In this document: one piece after another, positions 35,352 to 45,900 of the stretch
Numbering within the stretch: the stretch's first letter is position 1
Layout of the letters: every line of letters starts with the position of its first letter
Assembly (NCBI GenBank): GCA_965222375.1
Contig: CBDCTZ010000009.1
Location: 64,001-128,000 of the forward strand
Source: Polyangiaceae bacterium
GTDB taxonomy: Bacteria > Myxococcota_A > Polyangia > Polyangiales > Polyangiaceae
Reading direction: 5' to 3'
DNA length: 64,000 bases
The notes under the pieces: model-generated
Database searches by the model: none
What the model saw: only the letters and a program-made list of their open reading frames with translations
Told to the model about the DNA's origin: nothing
Program-made: the position numbers and the translations under genes

Positions 35352-35924
35352 GGGACTCGGGACCTTGGGGCTCGGGGCGCAGCCGCTCCGCCCTGAGCGG
35401 GGCCGGCGTGGGCCGCTTCAGTCCCGAAGTACTTCGATATCTGTGTGTTTGGGTTGGGGTTGCGGCATTGTGGCGGCAGTAGGCCGCTATTCTCGCCCCG
35501 GTGCCACTCCGGTGCCAGTGCGAGATTAGGGCACCCGCTCGCACCAGATCCGCGACCCAACCCCCAATCCCCGCTCCATTGACCCGAGCGGCGTTGCGTC
35601 GAGTGGATTCGACCCAGGGCCCCGGGCGGTTCCCTCGCGGGTCCTGGCGGGGTGCGGGACTCGAGGGCGTCCCCGGGGCTGGGGACCAGTGCTCAAGGGC
35701 CCGAAAATCCCCAGGGAATTCGCGCCGAAATGGGCAACGAAGCGCCTTTACTTCGCGCCACCCGTCCGCCTATGCTCCGGATAGCTTTGGAACCGGCGGA
35801 TTCCCGAACAAATGCGGGGCCGTACCGCGTTCTGGGGCAACCAAATCGGCTGTGACGGACAGGCTAGCGCTGCCGCGTGGGGTGCGCCCCAAAGGGCTCG
35901 AATCTGAGGAAGGGTGAGCGTTTC

Positions 35925-36839
35925 ATGAAACTTCGGGTGGTTCACATCGCCGCGCTGTCGGCAGCAATCGCGGGCTCGGCCTGTGGACGGGATCACATTG
36001 AGGCCATCAACCTCGCAAACGAGGGCGACCGAGCCGTCAAGGTGAACGTCGAAGGTGCGATTCAGAAGTACGAGCAGGCTGTCCAGCTCGATCCGACGAA
36101 CCACCGCATCGTTTGGAAGCTGGCCAAGGCCTACGAGAAGAAAGAGGACTGGGACAAGATGGCGTCGTCGCTATCCCGCGCCGTCCAAATTGCTCCGGAC
36201 TTCGCCAACTACTGGTTCAAGCGTGGCTACGCGCTGGTCAAGCAGGCGGAAGGTGGCAACCCGGATGCCTACGAGGAAGCGAAGGAGCCCCTCAAGAAGT
36301 GCATCGAAAAGGACCCGAACTACTCGGAGTGTTACCACTTCCTGGGTGAAGCGTCCCTTTGGACCAACGACGAGCAGTCGGCCCTGGACAACTACACCAA
36401 GGCCATCGAGCACAACCCGACCCAGGCCTACTACTACCCGCCGCTCGGGGAGTTGTTGATCACCTTCAAGTTCTACAAAGAGGCTGGTCAGGTGCTCAAA
36501 GAAGGCACCCGCATCATTCCTCCCGGTGAAAAGACCAACAATCACCTCTACGCCATGTACGTCCTGCGCTTTCAGGTGGCGCAAGCTGGCGACGACAAAG
36601 CCGAGATGGTTGCTTCCATGGAGAAGGCCCAAGAGGTCGCCGGGGATTCTCACCCGGAAATCAGCTTCAACCTGGGCAGCACCTATGCGGTGATGGACCC
36701 GCCCCAGAAGGAAAAGGCGGCACGGCTGCTCAAGTCCTTCGTCAAGCGCGCTTGCCGTTCGGCCAAAGCTTCGAAGTTCAAGGAACAGTGCGAGACAGCG
36801 AACTCGCTCATTCAGAAGCTCGGCGCAAGTGTCAACTAA
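35925..36839 (+). CDS. TPR lipoprotein
   Basis: Signal ending GSAC and consecutive TPRs (YEQAVQLDPTN, LSRAVQIAPDF, YTKAIEHNPTQ). Confidence 0.85.
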   Translation: MKLRVVHIAALSAAIAGSACGRDHIEAINLANEGDRAVKVNVEGAIQKYEQAVQLDPTNHRIVWKLAKAYEKKEDWDKMASSLSRAVQIAPDFANYWFKRGYALVKQAEGGNPDAYEEAKEPLKKCIEKDPNYSECYHFLGEASLWTNDEQSALDNYTKAIEHNPTQAYYYPPLGELLITFKFYKEAGQVLKEGTRIIPPGEKTNNHLYAMYVLRFQVAQAGDDKAEMVASMEKAQEVAGDSHPEISFNLGSTYAVMDPPQKEKAARLLKSFVKRACRSAKASKFKEQCETANSLIQKLGASVN

Positions 36840-36992
36840 GCCCCATCCACGCATCAGGCGCGTCGCTGCCGTCCTGGCTGGCGCCAGCGACGCGTGCGCG
36901 TGGGCAGACTGTGAGAACGTAGATTTCAACTGCTTGCTGCCCAGAGCGCAGCGAGGCAGCGGCGCTTTCGAGCGCCAATAGCTCGAGGAAGC

Positions 36993-39900
36993 ATGGATCT
37001 AGAGCAGCGTATGAATCAGCTGGAGCGCCACCACGATTGGGCTGGGCTCGTCGAGGTGCTGGAGCAGGCCATCGTTGGTACCGACGATGCCAGTGAGAAA
37101 GCGGACCTGCACCTGCGACTCGGTCGCTTGTTGCACTCCCAGTTCCTGCACGGCGTAAAGGCGCTCAAACACTTCCAGGACGCCTACAAGCTCAATCCCG
37201 CGCGGGTAGAAGCGCTGGCGGAAGCACGGCTCATCTACTGGGAGCTCGGTAAGCTGAACATGGTGCAGAAGCTGCTCGAGCTGCAGCTCAAGAATGTGGA
37301 CGATCCGAGCCTCGTTGCTCAGCTGTACCGCGAGCTAGGCGACGTGCACTGCGACCAAGAGGACTACGAGCGCGCGGCCGACGCCTACGCCCACGCCATG
37401 CAGTCTGCGGACGGTGAGGCCGACGTGGTCGGGCAGCTGCTCGAAGACGTGATGGCTGGGACCGAAGACTGGCAGGAGCGGGTCGGCGAACTGCTGCGCG
37501 GCGCTCACCAGATCGACGACGTTGCTGTGAAGGCGCAGACCTTTGTGCGCGCGGCACGCATCGCGCGTCGATACGCGCCGAGCGAAATGGAAGGCATTCT
37601 CGCTCAGGCCTACACGGCAGATCCGGGCAGTCTGGCCGCCGCAACCCTGTACGAAGGCATGCTGGTCGAAACGGATCGCACCGATGCGATCCTCGAGCTG
37701 CAGAACTCCGTGCTCGAGAGCGTGGCGGATGCTGGTGCCCGCGCCGACGTAGCGTTTCGCTTTGGTGTGCGCTGGGCGCTGCGTCACCAGAATGCCGATG
37801 TCAGCGCGAGCATGTTCGAAGCTGCTCTGCGCTTGAATCCCGGACACGAACCCGCTTTCAACTGCCTCAAAGAGGTCTGGGGCGCGCGGGACGGCAATTG
37901 GGCGCGGGTCGTGGAGTTCGCTCAGAACTTGTCGGCGTCGAGCGACGGCGCGTCAAAGGCGTTCCTGTTGGCTCAAGCCGGGCTTCTGACCTGGCGCGAG
38001 ATGGGAGATCTGATTCGCGCGCGCGTGCACTTCGAAGCCCTGTCATCGGTCGATCCGGAACACCCGGCGTTGCTGGCCTATGAAGCGCAGATCGGGGAAT
38101 CTCTCAGCGGCGCCGCGCCAGCGCCCGAGGCCCAACCCGAAGCCGAGATCGCTGCAGCTGCGCCGGCGCCCGAGGCCGCGCCTGAACCTGCGGCCGAGCC
38201 CGCGCCGGAGCCCGAAGCCACGCCTGAACCTGCGGCCGAGCCCGCACCGGAGCCTGAAGCGGCCGCTGCCCCGCCGGAGGAGGAGCCCGCCGCGGAGCTC
38301 AGTGCGCCGCCGCCGCCCGTCGACGAGGGCAAGATCGCGGAACTGCGTCAGCATCTCGCCGAGCAGGAGGGCGCCAAGCGTTTCCACGAATACGTCAAGA
38401 CTCTGGTCGAGCTGGCGCACGAAGTGCCGGACCCGGCAGAGAAGGTCGAGCTGTATCTCAAAGCCGCAGATCTCTACGTCAACAAGTTCGTCAACCAAGC
38501 CGAAGCCGTTCGTACCTACGAGGCGGTGCTGGCAGTCGATCCGGAAAACACTCAGGCCATCGACTACCTGCGTCAGATGTACGAAAAGCGCAGGGATTGG
38601 GAGAAGCTCATCGCGCTCAACACTCGGGAGGCCGAGCGCCTCGAGGCCGGCCCGACTCGGGTGCAGGCCTACAAAGAGATCGCGATGCTGGCCACGGAGC
38701 GCATCAAGAAGCCGGATGTATGCATTGGGCTCTGGGACGTCGTGCTGCGCAACGATCCGGATGATCTCGATGCCCTCGCTGCCCTGGCCCAGATGTATGA
38801 ACGCGCTCGGGACTACGAGAAGCTCGCGGACGTTCTGGAAAAGCAGGCGGACATCACCCTGGAGACCCCCGCCAAGGTGCAGATCCTGACCAAGCTCGGT
38901 CAGGTCACCGGGGACAGGCTGAAGGACGATGCCCGGGCGGCGGAAGCCTACCGCTTGCTGCTCACCCTGCAGCCGGACGATCGTCGCGCCCAAGAACAGC
39001 TGAAGAAGCGCTACGTGGCGCTCGGTCGCTGGGACGACTTGGAGGTGTTTTACGCCGAGAATGGCAAGTGGGACGAGTTCATCCGCGTGCTCGAGAGCAA
39101 TGAGTCCCGGGCTGGTTCCGACGAGCAGCGCATCGCGATGCTGATGAAGATCGCCGAGCTGTGGATGACCCAGAAGGGCAAGCCCGATCGCAGCGCGAGG
39201 GCCTACGAGAAGATCCTTGGGATCGACAATGGCAACTTGGCTGCCGCGGAGCATTTGATTCCGATCTACCAAGACGCCAACAACCCCAAGGGCCTTTCGG
39301 GCGCTATCGAGGTCAAGCTCGGTCACGTTCAGGATCATGTCGAGCGTTTGGAGCTCTTGCGCGAGGTCGCTGCCCTGTACGAGGGGCGCATCAACGACAA
39401 AGCCAAGGCCTTCGAACGGTACCTGGGTGCTTTCGAGATCGCGCCTACGGACGAGCAGAGCCAAACGGATCTGGAGCGCGCCGCTCAGCTGACGGGCGGT
39501 TGGGATCAAGTGGTTGAGGCCTACCGCGCCGCTTGTGCCAGCGCAGAGTCCGAAGGCGACAGCATGACCAGTAACGGCCTGCGCCTGCGCTTGGGTCGTG
39601 TATTGGTCGAGGAGGTTTCACGGGTGGACGAGGCCCTCACCGAGTACCGCGCCGTCTATGAAGCCGAACCCGACAACGTGGTCGCCCTGGAAGCGTTGGA
39701 GCGGCTGTATCGGGAGACGGAGCGTTGGCGCGATCTGCTCGAGGTCTATTCGAAGAAGCGCGACTTGACGGGTGACTTCGAGGAGCGCAAGCAGATCCTG
39801 TACGAAATTGCCCGGCTCTATGAACAACAGCTCGAGGCGCCCGCAGATGCCATCGAGACCTACCAGGCGGTGCTGGAAGACGACCCAGTCGACGGCGTGG

Positions 39901-42900
39901 CTCTGGAAGCTCTCGATCGCCTGTACGCGGAAACCCAGTCCTGGGAACAGTTCGTGGACGTGTTGCGGCGCCGGATCGAATTGGACGTTCCCGGCGAGCA
40001 GCTAATCGACCTGAAGTTCCGCTTGGCCGAATCCCTGCGGCTGCACTTGAACGATCACGCTGCAGCGCTGAACAACTACCGAGAGATCCTGTTCATCGAT
40101 CAGGAGCACGAGGGATCGCGGCAGGCGCTGGAGGGAATGCTCCAGCATCCGGAGCTGTCGGCGGAAGCTGCCAGCATTCTGGAGACTATCTACGAGCTGC
40201 GCGAAGACTGGGAGAAACTAGTCGGCGCCCTCGAGATCCTCGCCGCGTCCAGCGACGAGCGCGAGCGCAAGGTCGAGCTGCTTCGCAAGATCAGCTACGT
40301 CTCCGCCAATCAGCTCGGAAGCTTGGAGCGCGCCATCGACGCTCAAGCCCGCGCCATCAAGGAGGACCCGTCTCTGGCTGACTCCCGGCTCGAGCTGGAG
40401 CAGTTGGCGGAGCAGGCCGGAGCTTGGGATCAGTTGATCGCCATCTACGCAGACGTGGCGGGCGGCTTGGACGATCCGAGTCTGTCCCGGGAGTACTGGA
40501 TGCGCCTAGCCAGCATTCAGGAGCGCCTGGAAAAGGTCGAAGACGCAGCCACGAGCTACGACAAGGTTCTCGAACTCGACCCCTCGGATGGCGAAGCGTT
40601 GCTCGCCATGGACTCCCTGTACCGCCGCACGGAGCACTGGGAAGATCTCGTCGGCGTGTATCGACGTCGCATCGAGTTGACCATCGACGGCCAGGAGCGC
40701 GAGGCCCAGTACGCCCAAATGGCGCAGGTCTTCGAGGAAAAGCTGGGTCGCCCGGATGACGCCATCGCGGCCTACCGCGAAGTCTTGGCTCTCGACCCTG
40801 CGAGCCAGCTGGCCCTGGGAGCTTTGGACGGGCTGTTCACCCGTCAGAGCCAATGGTCCGAGCTCGCCGAGAACTTGGAAGTGCAGCTCACCCTGGCTGA
40901 GAGCGAGGGCGAGCAGCTTCAGCTGATGCTGCGCTTGGCGTCGCTTCGTGAAACCCAGATGGGTCAACTGGAAGCAGCCATCGAGGGCTATCGGCAGGTG
41001 CTCGATCGGGATCCGACCAACGACGCTGCTTTGGGCGCCCTGGAGCGCCTGGGACAAGACCCCACCAACGAATTGGTGATCGCCGAGATCTTGGAGCCCC
41101 TGTATCGCAACCAGGGGGACTTCCAGAAACTCATTGGCGTGCACGAAGTGCAGGTGCGCCGCGCGGAAGACCAGCACCGCAAAGTCGAGCTGCTGCACCA
41201 GGTCGCGGAGCTGCACGAGGATGCCGGCGGAGATGTGAACGCGGGCTTCGACACGCTCGCTCGGGCCCTAGCCGTGGATCCCGCGAACGAAGGGACCCAG
41301 AGCGGTCTCGACCGCCTGGCTCGGGCGACGGGGCGGTTCCAGGATCTGGCCACGGTCTACACGGATCTGGCGTCGCAGCAGGAAGACGCCGAGTTGGGCA
41401 GCTCCCTCTACACCTTCGCCGCACGCGTGTACGAGCACGACGTCGGCGAAGTGGACAAGGCGATCGAACTGTATCGTCAGGTCCTGACCATCGACCCCAT
41501 GAACCTCGGCGCGGCCGAGGCGCTGCAGGCCTTGTTCCAATCCACGGAACGCTATGCCGATATGTCTCTGATATTGCAGCGGAAAGCGACGATTCTCGAC
41601 GACATCGACGAGCAAAAGGCGGCGCTGTTCCAGGCAGCCGCCCTCGAAGAAGAGGTGTTGGAGCGGCGCGAGAACTCCATCGGCGTGTACATGAAGGTGC
41701 TCGAGCTCGATCCCGAGGACCTGCGAGCCATCGATGCACTGATCAACCTGTACCTAAGCCTGTCACGTTGGGAAGAACTCCTGGGCGTGTACAGCAAGAA
41801 GGCCGATCTGGTTTTCGACACCGAAGAGAAGAAACTGATCTTCTATCAGGTGGGGGCCGTTCACGAGCGTGAGCTTCAGGATGTAGCCCGCGCCATCGAC
41901 ACCTACCAGCGTGTGCTTGAACTCGATCCCGACGACCTCACCGCCTTGGGTCGCCTCGACGTGCTGTATCAGACGGCCGAAAACTGGCAGGAGCTGCTGA
42001 GCATTCTGACCCACGAAGCCGAGCTGACCCCGGATCCCGCGGAGGCCGTGAGCTTCCAGTATCGGATCGCGGAACTCTACGAAAAGCATCTGGGTGATGT
42101 GGAACGCGCCGTGGAGCTGTATCGAGACATCCTCGGCATCTTGCCGGATCACCAGCCGACCCTGGCAGCCTTGGAGGGGATCAAGAACGGCGAGCTGGCC
42201 CCCTTGGCTGCGGCCAACGTGCTCGAGCCCGTCTACGACGCCATGGGCGAGTGGGCCCGGCTCATCAGCGTGCTCGAAGTGATGGTGCGCTTTGCCGACG
42301 ATCCCTTCACCCAGGTCGACCTGCTGCATCGCATCGCGCGGCTGTACGAGGAAAACCTCCAAGACCACGCCAATGCCTTCGAGACCTTCGCCCGGGCTGT
42401 CTCCTTTGACAGTCAGAACGAAGAATCCCTGGGCTCCCTCGAGCGCTTGGCCATGATGATCGAGCGCTGGCCCAACGTCGCGGCCCTCTACGACCAAGAG
42501 TTGGGCAAGCTGGACGAAGAGCCAGACCGGCTCGTGGAATTGGGCCTGCGAGTGGCACAGGTCTACGAGGTGCAGCTCGAAGACGTCGACAACGCCGTGC
42601 AGCGTTACCGCCGTGTCTTGGAAGCGGACCCCGAGAACCAGAACGCGGTGCAGGCTCTGGATCGGCTGTTCGTGCAGACCGAGCGCTGGGCGGAGCTGGC
42701 CGAGGTCCTACGCCGAGAAGCCGAGATCGGTGAGAGCCCCGAGGAGATCTTGGAGTTCAAATACCGCTTGGGTCAGGTCAACCAGCTGCAGCTCGGAGAC
42801 TTGCCTCAGGCCATCGAGGCCTACCGGGAAGTCTTGTCGGCGGCGCCGGAGCACTTCGAGACCCTGCAAGCTCTCGAAGGCTTGTTCGAGGCTGGGACGA

Positions 42901-45900
42901 ACCAGGCCGAGATAGCCGAGATCTTGGAGCCTCTGTACCAGTCCTCCGCGGAGTGGGAGAAGTTGATTCGCGTGCGTGAAGCACAACTAGCTCACGCGAC
43001 CGAGCCGGAAGAGCGAATCCAGATGTATCACCGGATCGCCGAAGATGCGGAAGAGCGGCTGCTCGATCCCGTCATGGCCTTTGGTGTCTACGGTCGAGCC
43101 ATCCGTGAGCAGCCCCTGGAGGAGCACACCGGGGATCAAATCGAGCGCCTCGCGTCCATGATCGACGGTGGCTGGGAGCAGCTCGCCAATGCCTATGCCG
43201 ACGTGCTGAGCATCGAGGGTCTGGAGGTCAACGTTCAGGCCGTGATCGGCAAGCGCTTGGCACGGGTCTTCGAGGAAGAGCTCGCCGACGTTGCCAAGTC
43301 CGAGGAAACCTATCGCTATGTGCTGACGGTTTCCCCACAGGAGCCCGAGGCGTTGGCGCAGCTCGATCGCATCTACAGCTCGCTGGAGCAGTACCCGGAG
43401 CTGGCGGGCGTGTTGGAGCAACGCGCTGTCGTCGCCGAAGACGAGTTCGATAAGGTCGAGCTGTACACGCGCTTGGGTCGCGTCTACGAGGAGCACCTGG
43501 AGCAGGTGCAGGACGCGATTCGGGCGTATCGGGCGATCTTCGACGAACTGGACCCGGCTAACGAAGATGCCATCTTCGCCTTGGGTCGCGTCTACGAGCA
43601 GACCGAGCAGTGGGCCGAGCTGGACACGGTGTATCGGCGTGAGCTGGACAACGCTGTCGGTGACGTGGCGGAAGCTGAGATCCGCGCCAAGATGGCGCGG
43701 CTGGCCGCGGATCGCCTGGAGAAGACCGACGAAGCCGTTGAAGGTTGGAAGCGCGTGCTCGACTTGCGCGGCGAGGATCCCGAGGCCCTGTGGGCTCTGG
43801 CGGGGCTCTACGAGTCTCAGGGCCAGTGGGCGGAGCTCACCGACGTGCTCGAGCGGCACTTCGACATCGCAGATTCTGACGAGGAGCGGGTCAACATCCT
43901 GACTCGCCGCGCTCGCCTGTTCAAGGAGCAGCTGGGCCGCGACGACGAGGCTCTCGAAACTTGGCAACGAGTGCTGGATATCGACTTTTCCAACGTGTCA
44001 GCGCTGCGGGCCGTCGCCGCGATCTGGCGCGAGCGCAACGATCCGCAGGAACTGGTGGGCGCTCTGCACGCGACCATCGATCGTGCAGCCGCTCTCTTGG
44101 ATCCCGAAGAGGTCGTCGCCATCTACCGCGAACTCGGTCGCACCTACGGGCAGGTGTTGGAGCAGCCCTACGACGCTTCGGAAGCGTGGCGACATCTACT
44201 CGACGTGGACCCCGGCGACTTCGAAGCGATGGAGGAGCTGGAGAACAATTATCGCAGCGAAGACCGCTGGCCCGACGTCGTGGGCGTGAAGATGCAGCGC
44301 GCAGAGGCTCTCGAAGAGCCCGCCGAGAAGATCCGCGAGCTGCTCGAAGTCACGGAAATCTGGAAGAAGGAAGTCAGCGACTACGACCAGGCCACGCCCG
44401 CCCTCGAGCGTGTTCTGGTCATCGAGCCGACCCACCAGGAGGCTTTCGAAGCCCTGGAACGCCTGCACACGGCGGGCGAGCGCTGGGAGCCGTTGATCGA
44501 GCTGTACTTGAACCGCCTGGATACCCGGGAAGAGGTCGAAGAAAAGAGCGAGCTGCTGCGGCGCATTGCCAAGGTCTTCGAAGAGCAGCTGGACGATCCC
44601 AACCAAGCCTTCGACGCTCTGGTCAACGCTTTCAGCGAGGACTTCAGCGACGACGAAACCGTTCGCTACCTCGAGCGCATGGCTCAAGCGACGGGCCGTT
44701 GGGGCGAGTTGATCAATACCGCCAACGCATGGCTTCAAGAGCAAACCGAGTCACGCCAGAAGATCCAGCTGTGTCTGCGGTTGGGCAAGTGGTACGGCGA
44801 AGACCTGGGCCATCCGGAATACGCGCAGCCCTACTACGCACAGATCATGCAGCTGGACCCGAACAACGTTCAGGTCATGCGGCAGATGGCCGCGATTCAT
44901 CGGCTGAGCGGGCAGTGGCAGAAGATGGGCGAGACCCTGACTCGCGCCTTGGATGTGGCGGTCGCCAACGAGGACCGCAAGGACATCTACGTGGACTTGG
45001 GCGAGCTGCTCGAGAAGCACATGGACATGCTCGATTCGGGCATCAATCACTACAAGCAGGCGCTGGGCATCGACCCGCTGCACTTGCCAGCCCTGGAAGC
45101 GCTGGAGCGGATTTACGATCAGCAGTCCAACCACGCCGAGCTGGTGGAGATCTTGAGCAGCAAGGTCAAGGCCCTGGAGGACCCCGACGACATTGCGCAA
45201 CACAAGCTGCGTATGGGTGGTCTGTACGAGACCGCTTTGGGCGACTTCGAGCGCGGGGGCAAGGTGTATCGAGAGGTTCTCGAGCTGGATGGCTCCAATC
45301 TCTTCGCCCTCCGCGGTCTGGAGCGCATCTACAACGCCATCCAGGACTGGCCCGACTTGGTCGACGTGTTCGAGCGCCAGCTTGATGTCGTCGAGACCGA
45401 GCGTGAGCGCGTGGACGTTCTGCTCAAGCTGGCGGACATCCAGGAGGAGCAGTTCCTCAAGGCGGACATTGCGGCTCAGCGCCTCGAGCAAGCCTTGGAA
45501 ATCGACCCGACCTGCGAGCCGGCCTATGTGGCGCTGGAGCGTTGCTACCGGCGACTGAAGCAGTGGCTAGATCTGATCAATACCTACGAGCGGCACATCA
45601 GCGACGCTGCAGATCAGCCCACGAAGGTGGAACTCTACGGGCACATTGCGTTGGTCTACGCCGACGAAGTTGGTGATGTGGACCGAGCCATCGACGCCTA
45701 CCAGAACATCGTCGACCTGGATGAAAACAACATTCCGGCGCTCGAAGCTCTCAGCAAGCTTTACGAGAAGCAGGACGATCCTGCACGTGCCATCGACTCC
45801 ATGACTCGGGTCGCGGACTTGACCACGGACGGTGCTCAGCGCGTCGAGATGTACTACCGAATCGGCAAGTCGCTGGAAGAAAAGCTGGGCGACCGGGGCC

